Positions 15,809 through 24,952 of a stretch of 27,079 bases of DNA are shown here, in pieces (position 1 is the first letter of the stretch; every line of letters begins with the position of its first letter). Location of the stretch: positions 1 to 27,079 of the forward strand of contig DCIK01000021.1 of the NCBI GenBank assembly GCA_002315975.1. The letters run 5' to 3'. The notes under the pieces were generated by a model, which searched no databases, was not told the DNA's origin, and saw only the letters and a program-made list of their open reading frames with translations. Source of the stretch: Clostridiales bacterium UBA1728 (GTDB lineage: Bacteria; Bacillota; Clostridia; Oscillospirales; Oscillospiraceae). Made by a program: the position numbers and the translations under genes.

Positions 15809-17743
15809 TCAGTCCTCCTCCACGGGGGGCTTGATGAGGCCAGTGCGGTAGGCCTCCAGCAGCTTCTTCAGATCCGCAACACGGCCGCGGATTTCCTCGC
15901 CGCCGTCGGTGTCCATGACCAGAAGCCGGTCGGGGTACTGCTCCACGGTGGTAATGCGCGAGAGCATATCGTCGCTGGTGGGGGTTACGGCGTTGGGGTC
16001 GAAGGGCTGGTGCTCGGCAAGATAGAGCATCTGGGAGTTGCTGACCAGCGTAAAGCCGCAGATGCCGGTCACCGGCTGATACGCCTTGGAGATGCCGCCG
16101 TCGATATTGATGAACTTGCCGCCGGCCTTGATGGGCTCCTCGCCCTTGCGCTTCTTCACGGGCACATGGCCGTTGATGATGTGGGTATACTTGCCGTCCA
16201 CGCCGAACTCGGCAAGAATAGCCTCGGCAGTGGCGGGATCGTCCCAGAGGTCGTAGTAGGGGTCCTTGGCCTCCTCGCCGGCCTCTTCCTCCTGCAGGAA
16301 GCTGCGCTCGAAGGTGGCAATCTTGTCCTTGCCGTTGAGGGGAGAGCAGGGGCCGCACCAGAGATACCAGAGGAAGTCGGTATTCTCCAGCTTGCGGTCG
16401 TACATGGCCTTGCGGCAGTTCTGCTCGCAGTAGTCAAAGAGCGCCTTGCCGCTGTAGCTCTCGCCGCCGAAGGACACCTGATGGAAGCTGCCGTCCGGAT
16501 TCATGGGCACACAGCCGTGGTAGAGGAGATTGCCGTTGCACTCCCGGTACATGGCGCCGTTCTCCATGAGATAGCGCACATGCTCCTGCAGCTTGTCGCT
16601 GCGGGCAAAGGAGTTGCACAGCAGGTCAATGACCTCCTGCTCTGCGGCGGAGAGCTTATAGGGGTCAGCGGGGTCTACGGTAGGCAGAGCCACATCCAGA
16701 GAATGATACTCACGCCCGCCGATCTTCAAAATACCGGTCTGCCGATCCAGCTTATCGAGAAGAAGCCGATCCTCCATGCGGTACTCCGGATGGCGCATGA
16801 CCAGCTGACCCTCCAGCTTGAACTGGATGACGGAAATGGCCTTGAGAATCTTGGCGTTGGTCTCGGCATTCTCGGTGACGCAGTCGGTGACGCGGCTGGG
16901 CACAAAGGCCAGACAGGGATCGTCGGCGTACTGCTCCACGGCGTAGATGGCCAGGGGGCGAACATTGATGCCGTAGCCGTCCTCCAGTGTGTCGAAGTTG
17001 CCGTACTTGACGCTGTTGCGCAGGGCGTTGGCCACGCAGGCGGGATTGCCCATGCCCGCGCCCATCCAGAGCACATCGTGGTTGCCCCAGACGAAGTCCA
17101 CGCGCTTGCGCTGCATAAGCTCGGAGATGACGCGCTCGGCAGCGCTGCCACGGTCGAACATATCGCCCACGATGTGAAGCCTGTCCACGGTCACCCGGGA
17201 GATGAAGTTGGCCAGCGCCACGATGAAGTCGTCGGCAATGCCGGTGTTGATCACGGTATCGAGGATGGATCGGAAGTAGTTCTGCTTGGAGGCATCGAAC
17301 TCCGCGGTATTGATAAGCTCCTCAATGATATAGGAGTACTCCTTGGGCATACGGGTACGCATCTTGGCGCGGGTGTACTTGTCGGCAGACTCGCGGCTGA
17401 CATTGACCAGCTGACTCAGAGCCTTGCGGTACCAGTCGTCGGTTTTGGGGCCCTTGGCGATCTCCCGCTCGGGGTAGTAGATCAGCAGGGCCAGAGCGTT
17501 CTTCTCGTCGGGGGAAAGGGAGTAGCCGAAGCACTCGTCGATCTTTCTATGTACCGCGCCGGAGGCATTCTGGAGAATGTGGGTGAAATAGTCGTATTCG
17601 CCGTGGATGTCGCTCATGAAATGCTCGGTGGTCTTGGGGAGCTGGAGGATGGCCGTCTGGCGGACGATCTCCGCCGCCGTGGAGGCGATGGAGGGAAAGT
17701 CCTTGCTCAGCAGCTCCAGATACTTGAGTTCTTCCCGTGTCAT
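15809..17743 (-). CDS. fbp: fructose-1,6-bisphosphatase, class 3 (Firmicute type)
   Basis: 644 aa from ATG 17743 (internal Met of ORF 15809-18016). MTREELKYLELLSKDFPSIASTAAEIV...TEHFMSDIHGEYDYF is the characteristic class 3 FBPase N-terminus, and the length fits. Confidence 0.88.
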   Translation of the reverse strand: MTREELKYLELLSKDFPSIASTAAEIVRQTAILQLPKTTEHFMSDIHGEYDYFTHILQNASGAVHRKIDECFGYSLSPDEKNALALLIYYPEREIAKGPKTDDWYRKALSQLVNVSRESADKYTRAKMRTRMPKEYSYIIEELINTAEFDASKQNYFRSILDTVINTGIADDFIVALANFISRVTVDRLHIVGDMFDRGSAAERVISELMQRKRVDFVWGNHDVLWMGAGMGNPACVANALRNSVKYGNFDTLEDGYGINVRPLAIYAVEQYADDPCLAFVPSRVTDCVTENAETNAKILKAISVIQFKLEGQLVMRHPEYRMEDRLLLDKLDRQTGILKIGGREYHSLDVALPTVDPADPYKLSAAEQEVIDLLCNSFARSDKLQEHVRYLMENGAMYRECNGNLLYHGCVPMNPDGSFHQVSFGGESYSGKALFDYCEQNCRKAMYDRKLENTDFLWYLWCGPCSPLNGKDKIATFERSFLQEEEAGEEAKDPYYDLWDDPATAEAILAEFGVDGKYTHIINGHVPVKKRKGEEPIKAGGKFINIDGGISKAYQPVTGICGFTLVSNSQMLYLAEHQPFDPNAVTPTSDDMLSRITTVEQYPDRLLVMDTDGGEEIRGRVADLKKLLEAYRTGLIKPPVEED

Positions 17744-17792
17744 GGGTGGTTTTTCCTTTCGGTAATGAATATGGTTGGTATTATTCGGTCTC

Positions 17793-17896
17793 GGCTCCCC
17801 CTCCGGGGGAGCCGGCACGGCGAAGCCGTGACTGAGAGGGTGTCTCCCTCTCCGCCCCGGTGTCCTCACCGGGGTACCTCTCCCAAAAGGAGAGGT
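17793..17896. repeat. five back-to-back GC-rich hairpins (modular repeat cluster)
   Basis: GGCTCCCCC/GGGGGAGCC (17793-17813). CACGGC-GAA-GCCGTG (17816-17830). GAGAGGG/CCCTCTC (17834-17852). CCCCGGTG/CACCGGGG (17855-17874). ACCTCTCC/GGAGAGGT (17876-17896). Confidence 0.85.
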
Positions 17897-17909
17897 AAGG
17901 ACAGCGGGA

Positions 17910-18716
17910 TTACGCTCCCTCTTCCAGATACCTGCACGCACTGAGGGCGGCCACATTGCCCTCGCCGGCGGCTTTGGCCAGCTGGTAGGGCTCTCCGGTG
18001 CAGTCACCGGCGGCAAACACGCCCCGGAGGTTTGTGCATTGCTGTCTGTCCACGGCGATATGCCCCTCGCTCATGGCAAGGCCGCCGAGGAGGCTGTCTC
18101 CCGCGGAGCTGGCGCGGAGGATGAACACGCCGTCGCACCCGGTAGTCTCACCGTTGAAACTCACGCCCTCTGCCCTGCTCTCGCCCGTTATGGCGTAGCT
18201 GCCCTTTTTCGTAAAGAGCTTCACCGTGCAGCCCATGTCCCGCAGGAGCTGCGCCTCGGTCTCGGCATCCTTCGTGAAGCCCAGCACCGCCACGGTTTTG
18301 CCCCGGTAGAACATCCCGTCGCAGGTGACGCAGTAGCTCACGCCCCTGCCGAGAAATTCCCGCTCCCCCGCGATGGGTCCGGCTCTGTCGGTGCCGGTGC
18401 AGAGGATGAGGGCTTTCCCCTCGGTAAAGTCGCTGCCGATGGCCACGCCAAAGCTTTTGCCCATGTCCATGGCGGCGGTGGCGCGGCCTTCGATGAGCTC
18501 GACGCCCAAGCTCCGGGTCTGCTCCCGCATACGCTCCAGGAGCTCCCTGCCGGATATGCCCGGAAGGCCGGGATAATTCTCCACCCTATGGGAGGGATAG
18601 ATGGCGCTCTCCTCGATGGGCAGGCTCACGAGAGCCACGCTTTTTTTCCTTCTGGCAGCCGTCATGGCAGCGGAATAGCCCGCCGGACCGCCGCCGATGA
18701 TGAGAATATCCCACAT
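17910..18716 (-). CDS. thioredoxin-reductase-like FAD-dependent disulfide oxidoreductase with degenerate NADPH site
   Basis: 268 aa from ATG 18716. FAD motif IIGGGPAGYSAA, redox CVTCDG, C-terminal GVFAAGDC. The expected GGGxxA and HRR NADPH motifs read VLGFTKDA and KLFTKKG. Confidence 0.7.
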   Translation of the reverse strand: MWDILIIGGGPAGYSAAMTAARRKKSVALVSLPIEESAIYPSHRVENYPGLPGISGRELLERMREQTRSLGVELIEGRATAAMDMGKSFGVAIGSDFTEGKALILCTGTDRAGPIAGEREFLGRGVSYCVTCDGMFYRGKTVAVLGFTKDAETEAQLLRDMGCTVKLFTKKGSYAITGESRAEGVSFNGETTGCDGVFILRASSAGDSLLGGLAMSEGHIAVDRQQCTNLRGVFAAGDCTGEPYQLAKAAGEGNVAALSACRYLEEGA

Positions 18717-18826
18717 GGCAATTCTTCCTCTCAAAATTTCTTCTATTATCTAACAAAACAGTTGTAAAATCAAGGGCTATCGTGTATAATTCCATGATAT
18801 GAATCACATTTGGGGGATTTAACGAT

Positions 18827-20485
18827 ATGGACGAAAGCAAAAACTTTATTCACACCTTTGTCGAAGAGGACATGGCAAGCGGCGGACGCTGCGAGGGGAT
18901 GCAGGTTCACACCCGTTTCCCGCCCGAGCCCAACGGCTATCTGCACATCGGCCACTGCAAGGCCCTCTGCATAGATTTCGGCACCGCCCAGAAGTACGGC
19001 GGTCTCTGCAACCTCCGCATGGACGATACCAACCCCGCCAAGGAGGATACCGAGTTCGTGGATGCCATCAAGGAAGACATTCACTGGCTGGGCTTCGACT
19101 GGGGCGACCGTTTCTTCTACGGCTCCGACTACTTTGAGAGAACCTATGAGCTGGCCGAGGACCTCATCAAGCGCGGTCTGGCCTATGTCTGCGAACTGAG
19201 CGCCGAGGAGTTCAGCAAGTACCGGGGCGACACCCAGCACCCCGCCGTTTCTCCCTACCGGGATCGTCCCTGGGAGGAGTCTCTGGACCTCTTCCGCCGT
19301 ATGCGCGCCGGTGAGTTCCCCGAGGGCAAGTACACCCTCCGCGCCAAAATCGATCTGGAGAGCGGCAACTTCAATATGCGTGACCCGGTTCTCTACCGCA
19401 TCCGCTACATTGAGCATCACCGTCAGGGCACCAAGTGGTGCATCTTCCCCATGTACGACTTTGCCCACCCCATTCAGGACGCGCTGGAGGGCATTACCCA
19501 CTCCCTCTGCTCGCTGGAGTATGAGGCGCACCGCCCCCTGTACAACTGGGTGGTGGAGCAGTGCGGCTTTGAGAAGAAGCCCCGCCAGATTGAGTTTGCC
19601 CGTCTGAACATCAACTATACCGTCATGAGCAAGCGTAAGCTCCGCCGTCTGGTGGAGGAGGGTCGCGTGTCCGGCTGGGACGACCCCCGTATGCCCACTC
19701 TCTGCGGTCTGCGCAGAAGAGGCTACACCCCCGACTCCATCAAGGACTTCGCCGAGCGCATCGGCGTGGCCAAGGTGGACTCCACAGTGGACTATGCCCT
19801 GCTGGAGGCCTGCCTCCGCGATGACCTGAACGCCCACGCCGAGCGCGCCATGGCCGTTCTGCGTCCCCTTAAGCTCACCGTCACCAACTATCCCGAGGGC
19901 CAGAGCGAGAGCTTTGACATCGAGCGCAATCCCACCGACGAGAACGCCGGACTGCGCTCTGTGACCTTCTCCCGCAATCTCTGGATTGAAGAGGACGATT
20001 TCATGATCGAGCCCGTCAAGAAGTACAACCGCTTCTTCGTGGGCAACGAGGTTCGCCTCAAGGGTGCCTATATTGTCAGGTGCACCGGCTACAACACCGA
20101 TGCCGACGGCAAGGTCACCGAGGTTCTCTGCGAGTACGATCCCCTGACCCGCGGCGGCGACACCCCCGATGGCCGCAAGGTGCGCGGCACCGTTCACTGG
20201 GTGGATGCCGACAACTGCGGCGAGGCTGAGGTGCGGCTCTACGATATGCTCTTCACCGACCCCGATCCCGACGGCGCCGACAAGGACTTCATGGACTGCC
20301 TGAACCCCGAATCCCTCGTGACCCTGACGGGCTGCAAGGTGGAGAAGTTCCTCTGTGATGTGAAGCCCACCGACCGCTTCCAGTTCCTGCGCATGGGCTA
20401 CTTTGCCCCCGACAACAAGGACAGCAGCCCCGAGCATCTGGTGTTCAACCGCGCCGTTGCTCTGAAGGACAGCTTCAAGAAGTAA
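18827..20485 (+). CDS. glnS: glutamine--tRNA ligase
   Basis: 552 aa. RFPPEPNGYLHIGH (HIGH motif), VMSKRK (KMSKS motif), and GlnRS-type C-terminal anticodon-binding region. Confidence 0.92.
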   Translation: MDESKNFIHTFVEEDMASGGRCEGMQVHTRFPPEPNGYLHIGHCKALCIDFGTAQKYGGLCNLRMDDTNPAKEDTEFVDAIKEDIHWLGFDWGDRFFYGSDYFERTYELAEDLIKRGLAYVCELSAEEFSKYRGDTQHPAVSPYRDRPWEESLDLFRRMRAGEFPEGKYTLRAKIDLESGNFNMRDPVLYRIRYIEHHRQGTKWCIFPMYDFAHPIQDALEGITHSLCSLEYEAHRPLYNWVVEQCGFEKKPRQIEFARLNINYTVMSKRKLRRLVEEGRVSGWDDPRMPTLCGLRRRGYTPDSIKDFAERIGVAKVDSTVDYALLEACLRDDLNAHAERAMAVLRPLKLTVTNYPEGQSESFDIERNPTDENAGLRSVTFSRNLWIEEDDFMIEPVKKYNRFFVGNEVRLKGAYIVRCTGYNTDADGKVTEVLCEYDPLTRGGDTPDGRKVRGTVHWVDADNCGEAEVRLYDMLFTDPDPDGADKDFMDCLNPESLVTLTGCKVEKFLCDVKPTDRFQFLRMGYFAPDNKDSSPEHLVFNRAVALKDSFKK

Positions 20486-20496
20486 AAAAGATATGC

Positions 20497-20529
20497 AAAA
20501 AACAGGCTGCAAAATTGCAGCCTGTTTTT
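20497..20529 (+). terminator. rho-independent terminator after glnS
   Basis: AAAAAACAGGCTGCA-AAATT-GCAGCCTGTTTTTG, a stem flanked by A and T tracts (could act in both directions). Confidence 0.8.
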
Positions 20530-20582
20530 GCATAAAGACAAGGGAGGCTTCTCTGTCTTGCAATCCGCATCCCCCGTCCCCT

Positions 20583-20830
20583 GTAGGGCTCGGCCTCCCG
20601 GACGAGCCGCAGAGAAAAAGGATTGCCGCGTCGCTGCGCGAAATCGCAATCAGGATGAAGGGATTCATCGCCATGAACGAAAGCCCTGTGGCTCCCTCTG
20701 CGAGGGAGCTGCCCCAGTGCGCTCACTGGGGCTGAGGGAGAGAGGTTCTTTTGAGCTGTTTCGTAGACGATCCCTCCCTCAGTCTCGCTGCGCGAGCCAG
20801 CTCCCTCATCTGAGGGCGCCAAGAAAGGGT
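20583..20830. repeat. intergenic hairpin-repeat cluster including a variant of the MITE arm
   Basis: GTAGGGCTCGGCCTCCCGGACGAGCCGC (20583-20610) is a variant of the 12492 arm and is identical to the copy at 23688. Further hairpins: GCTCCCTC/GAGGGAGC and CCCCAGTG/CACTGGGG. Confidence 0.75.
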
Positions 20831-20862
20831 CTTGTAGCACTTTCGCAGCAATGACAGTCTTT

Positions 20863-21276
20863 TCACGCATACCCTTGCACGACCTCCACCAGCTCCGCGA
20901 GCATGGTCTCCTCCTGGCGGTACTCGTGGATGTGAAAGGCCGGATCGCCGGCCAGCATGGCGCTGAGTCGACCCTCCTCGCCGCCGTAGAAGATGTGGAC
21001 GGGCTTATCTAAGAAGCGGGCAAAGGCCAGCTCGTAGCCCACCCCCAGAGAGGGCTGGGTGCACTCGGCGATGACCAGATCGCATTCCCGGAGCCACGCG
21101 GTGTCCCGCTGCCAGATATAGTCGCTGCCGCCGTCACCGCCCTTGTTGGTGAGGGAAGGGTCGCCCACGTGCTCGGTAAGCACGCTGCCGTAGGGTTTGA
21201 GGGCATCGATCATGCGCTTATAGCGGGCGGCATCGTTGCGTCCGCCGCGGATGGAACCGCAGAAGTAGATTTTCAT
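20863..21276 (-). CDS. 2'-deoxynucleoside 5'-phosphate N-hydrolase (DNPH1/Rcl)-like, nucleoside 2-deoxyribosyltransferase superfamily
   Basis: 137 aa from ATG 21276 (AAAGGGGAG RBS). MKIYFCGSIRGGR...VLTEHV...ECTQPSLGVGYELAFA closely resembles DNPH1-type proteins as I recall them. Confidence 0.7.
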   Translation of the reverse strand: MKIYFCGSIRGGRNDAARYKRMIDALKPYGSVLTEHVGDPSLTNKGGDGGSDYIWQRDTAWLRECDLVIAECTQPSLGVGYELAFARFLDKPVHIFYGGEEGRLSAMLAGDPAFHIHEYRQEETMLAELVEVVQGYA

Positions 21277-21290
21277 GGAGCTCTCCCCTT

Positions 21291-22667
21291 TCAATCGTTT
21301 ACGATATTCCGAATCCAGACGCCCTTTTTCAGCAGATAGATGCCGAAGAAGGTTTTGATCACGGTGGTAAGGTTCACGCAGATGTAAAGCTGCAGCAGGT
21401 TGAGGGAGGTATAGTGCACCAGCAGATAGCAGCTGGGCACTACCACCACCCAGGTAAAGAGACTGTCAAAGAGCACCGTCATCAGGGTGCGGCCACCGCT
21501 GCGGATGGCGAAGTAGGCCGAGTGTACCAGCGAGCCGAAGGGCTGGATGGCTGCCGAGGCGAAGATGAGATAGGTGGCCGTCTGCCGGACGCTGTCGCCG
21601 GTATTGTAGAAGCGCGGTACCAGCGGCGCAGCGACGCACATCAGCGCCATGGTCAGAAAGCTGGTGAGGAGGGCAAGCATCATGAGTCTGGGGCAGTCTT
21701 CTCTGGCCTTGTCCAGCTCTCCTGCGCCCAGCTCGTTGCCTAAAATGATGCCCACGCAGTTGCCCAGAGTCTGCTGCACGGTGCCGCACACCATAATCAC
21801 CACATTGGCAATGTTGAAGGCAGCGATGGCTGTGATGCCCCGGAGGGAGTAATTCTGGGTAATGGTGGTCTCGCCCAGCGACCAGAACAGCTCGTTGCAC
21901 AGCAGGGGCAGGCTGCCGGCCAGAATGGATCTGAAAAGCGGCTTTGGAATATTGAAGTGTTGGAATATCCCCTGCGCAAAGCCCAGCTTATCGGCGCGTT
22001 TGCGGCATTCCAGAAGGATCATACCCGCCTCTAAAAAGCGGGAGATGACCGTGGCCAGCGCAGCGCCCCGAACGCCCATGACCGGGAAGCCGAAGTGACC
22101 GAAGATGAGGATATAGTTGCCCACCATGTTGGCCACCACCGCCAGAATGCCCGCCTTCATGGGAATGTCGGCGGCGCCGCAGCTTCGGAGGATGCCGGAA
22201 TAGGCATTGGTCACAGCAAAGGGCACCAATCCCACCAGAATAATGCGCAGATAGCCCTGAGACTGCCGGAGGGTCTCGGCTATGTCCGCCTGCCCGTCAT
22301 CGGTGAGGAAGAGGGAGAAAAGCTCCGTGCCGAACAGGCTGAAGAGCTCGATGGCCACGGCAGTAAAGATCGTTACCACGATATAATTGAAGCGCAGGCA
22401 CTGCCGGATACCGTCGTGGTCGCCCTTCCCGTAGAACTGGGCGGCGAAGATGCCCGCACCGGAGGTGCCGCCGAAGATGGCCAGATTGTAGATGAAAATC
22501 ACCTGATTGACAATGCTCACGCCTGACATCTGCTCGGTGCCCGTGCGGCCCACCATCAGGTTGTCGAGGAGGTTTACGAAGCTGGAGACAGCGTTCTGCA
22601 GCAGCATGGGCAGCAGCAGCGCGATAACGGTTTTATAAAAGGCTTTGGTGCCGAAGTATTTTTTCAT
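21291..22667 (-). CDS. MATE-family efflux transporter
   Basis: 458 aa from ATG 22667 (internal Met of ORF 21291-22931). Polytopic, with typical MATE N-terminus LLPMLLQNAVSSFVNLLDNLMVGRTG. ATGA start/stop overlap with the upstream EamA gene. Confidence 0.85.
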   Translation of the reverse strand: MKKYFGTKAFYKTVIALLLPMLLQNAVSSFVNLLDNLMVGRTGTEQMSGVSIVNQVIFIYNLAIFGGTSGAGIFAAQFYGKGDHDGIRQCLRFNYIVVTIFTAVAIELFSLFGTELFSLFLTDDGQADIAETLRQSQGYLRIILVGLVPFAVTNAYSGILRSCGAADIPMKAGILAVVANMVGNYILIFGHFGFPVMGVRGAALATVISRFLEAGMILLECRKRADKLGFAQGIFQHFNIPKPLFRSILAGSLPLLCNELFWSLGETTITQNYSLRGITAIAAFNIANVVIMVCGTVQQTLGNCVGIILGNELGAGELDKAREDCPRLMMLALLTSFLTMALMCVAAPLVPRFYNTGDSVRQTATYLIFASAAIQPFGSLVHSAYFAIRSGGRTLMTVLFDSLFTWVVVVPSCYLLVHYTSLNLLQLYICVNLTTVIKTFFGIYLLKKGVWIRNIVND

Positions 22668-23584
22668 GGGTTTTCCGATTTCTCTTTCTGTTCTTTTGAA
22701 TTGGGCGCAAGCTCCACCAGCAGTACCGCGCCGAAGGTCAAAGCGCAGCCCAGAAGCTCCCGCTTCGAGAGGGTCTGGTGCAAAATCAGCCAGCCGAAGA
22801 GCACGCTGAACACGCTCTCCAGACTCATCAGCAGCGATGCCAATGCCGGCTCCAGCTGCGCCTGACAGACCACCTGCAGGGTGTAGGCCACGCCGCAGGA
22901 AAAGATGCCCGCATAGCAGATGGGCAGCCACGCCGAGAGGATGCCGGAGAGAGTGGGCTTTTCAAAAAGGAACATGGCAATGACGGACAGGCCTCCGCAG
23001 CAGAGCATCTGCCAGCAGCTGAGGCGTACCGCGTCCACCTGAGCGGAGTAATGGTCAATGGCCAGAATCTGCCAGGAGAAGCATATGGCGCAGAGGAACA
23101 CCAGCGCATCGCCTCTGTTCACGCTGAAGCTCTCGTTCATGCAGAGGAAGTACATACCGAACAGGGCCAGCGCCACACCTGCCCAGGTGAGAAGAGCGTA
23201 GCGGCGGCGGAGAAACAGCACCGCAAAAACCGGCACCAGCGCCAGATAGAAGCTGGTGATAAAGCCCGCCTTGCCAACCGTGGTATAGACAATGCCGAAC
23301 TGCTGCAAATTGGTGGCAATGCACATGAATGTGCCGCAGACCAGACCGCCCCGCAGGAGCTTTCTGTCTCTGCGCAGGGGCAGCAGGGGCTGCTTGCCCT
23401 TCCCCTGACGGAGATCCAGAATGCGGATCACCGGCAGCAGCACCACGCCGCCCAGGGTAACACGCACCCCGGAGAAGGTCAGCGGGCCGATGATATCGTT
23501 GCCCACACTCTGGGCCACGAAGGCCGAGCCCCAGATCATGGCCGCCAGCAGGAGCAGCAGAGAGTATACAGTCTTTTTGTTCAT
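22664..23584 (-). CDS. EamA/DMT-family transporter
   Basis: 306 aa from ATG 23584 (AAAGGAAGGTG RBS). About ten hydrophobic segments and an EamA-like N-terminus LLLLLAAMIWGSAFVAQ. Confidence 0.8.
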   Translation of the reverse strand: MNKKTVYSLLLLLAAMIWGSAFVAQSVGNDIIGPLTFSGVRVTLGGVVLLPVIRILDLRQGKGKQPLLPLRRDRKLLRGGLVCGTFMCIATNLQQFGIVYTTVGKAGFITSFYLALVPVFAVLFLRRRYALLTWAGVALALFGMYFLCMNESFSVNRGDALVFLCAICFSWQILAIDHYSAQVDAVRLSCWQMLCCGGLSVIAMFLFEKPTLSGILSAWLPICYAGIFSCGVAYTLQVVCQAQLEPALASLLMSLESVFSVLFGWLILHQTLSKRELLGCALTFGAVLLVELAPNSKEQKEKSENP

Positions 23585-23687
23585 GGTGCTCACCTTCCTT
23601 TGGAAAACAAGTGTTTCCTATTGGTGTTAGTGTAGAAACCCGGACCTGCTTTTACTGATGCATTTGTTATATGGTACTAACCCTTCG

Positions 23688-23874
23688 TAGGGCTCGGCCT
23701 CCCGGACGAGCCGCCGTAGCTCCCGTCCTTGCCTTCTCCTTGCGCACAAGGAGAAGGTGGCACGGCGGAGCCGTGACGGAAGAGGTTCCCTCCTGTTTTG
23801 AGGCTATGCCGGAATCGAAGGCTTCTAACCTCATCCGCCCCTTCGGGGCACCTTCTCCTTCCATAAGGAGAAGG
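23688..23874. repeat. intergenic hairpin-repeat cluster (MITE-arm variant plus modules E and F)
   Basis: GTAGGGCTCGGCCTCCCGGACGAGCC (23688-23713). CCTTCTCCT/AGGAGAAGG (23732-23757). CACGGC-GGA-GCCGTG (23761-23775). GCCCC-TTCG-GGGGC. CCTTCTCCTT/AAGGAGAAGG (23851-23874). Confidence 0.8.
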
Positions 23875-24087
23875 CATAGAGCGATTCCTTATTCAACGGG
23901 TCCAGATTTTCAAACTAATATTTTCCTATTATACCCGAATATCGCCGTTTTGCAAAGGCGCAGAAAGTAGATTCTGCACCCTCCGGAGCGGAAAAAACAG
24001 GGGAAAAAGCACAAAGGGCTTGATTCTTCCGGGAACTTTCGGTAGAATAGCGGCGAAGAAACTAAGTCTACGGAGCGTAACTCTTTT

Positions 24088-24894
24088 ATGAAAAACCGCA
24101 TTTTTTCCCTTCTTCTCTGCCTTGCGCTGCTCTTCGCCCTCTCCGGCTGCGGCGGCAACCGGACGCTCTCCGGCTATGAGGTGGTAGCCAAGCTCAATGA
24201 AGAGCAGTTTTCTCTGGCCTTCCGCAACGGTGACCCGCTCTGCGATATTGTCTCCGCTGCCATGAAGGAAATCTCCGCCGAGGGGCTTTTAGGCCGTCTC
24301 TCCAGCCAGTATCTGGGCGCAGACTACAGCTGCATGGAGGCCCAGAGCGGTGCCCTGCAGGAGCTCATTGACGGCGGCACCGAGCTGCAGAGCGGCCGGC
24401 GCTTCATCGTGGGGGTACAGGGCGGAGCCGCACCCCTCTGCTGGAAGAACGACAGCGGCGGCTATACGGGTCTCATTCCCGATCTGATCTCTGCGGTGAA
24501 GGAGAAAACCGGCTGGGATGTGGTCTATGCCGAGATCAAGGTGGAGGATGTGGAGATTGAGCTGGCCTCCGGCAACATCGACTGCGCCTTTCTCCCTGCG
24601 GAGATCGACCAAAGCGAGGCGCTCTCCCTCTCCCCGGCCTGGATGAACAACTCTCACCTGCTGGTGGTTCGGCAGGGCAGCGGCCTCAACCGGCTGAAGG
24701 ATCTGAAAAAGCGCAATGTGGCCATCACCGATCAGACCTGCGAGGAAGCGTTGAAGTTCGCCGATGAGAAGGTCTATGCCGCCGTCACCGTGTGGAGCTA
24801 TCCGGACATCCGCACCGCCTTCAACGCTCTGGCCGCCGGCGAGTGCGATGCCGTGGTGATCGACAATATCGTCTCCATCAACTATATCAACTGA
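24088..24894 (+). CDS. lipoprotein, family-3 solute-binding protein (SBP_bac_3-like), apparently circularly permuted
   Basis: 268 aa with lipobox LFALSGC. Residues about 30-80 (EEQFSLAFRNGDPLCDIVSAAMKEISAEGLLGRLSSQYLG) resemble the usual C-terminal SBP segment. The rest (FIVGVQGGAAPLCWKNDSGGYTGLIPDL...LASGNIDCAF...ECDAVVIDN) resembles the usual N-terminal and middle segments. Confidence 0.6.
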   Translation: MKNRIFSLLLCLALLFALSGCGGNRTLSGYEVVAKLNEEQFSLAFRNGDPLCDIVSAAMKEISAEGLLGRLSSQYLGADYSCMEAQSGALQELIDGGTELQSGRRFIVGVQGGAAPLCWKNDSGGYTGLIPDLISAVKEKTGWDVVYAEIKVEDVEIELASGNIDCAFLPAEIDQSEALSLSPAWMNNSHLLVVRQGSGLNRLKDLKKRNVAITDQTCEEALKFADEKVYAAVTVWSYPDIRTAFNALAAGECDAVVIDNIVSINYIN

Positions 24895-24913
24895 GGAAAT
24901 GCGAAAAAAGCTC

Positions 24914-24941
24914 TTTACAAATCCCGGAAATGTGGTATAAT
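24914..24941 (+). promoter_or_regulatory. promoter of tRNA-Ala
   Basis: TTTACA (24914-24919), 16-nt spacer, TG-extended TATAAT (TGGTATAAT, 24933-24941), 11 nt upstream of the tRNA 5' end. Confidence 0.6.
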
Positions 24942-24952
24942 GACTGAGCTTT

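Noticed and set aside
18717-18826. Possible T-box or other leader upstream of glnS
   Set aside because: Only about 110 nt separate glnS from the divergent trxR-like gene. That is too short for a T-box, and no specifier or T-box motifs are visible.
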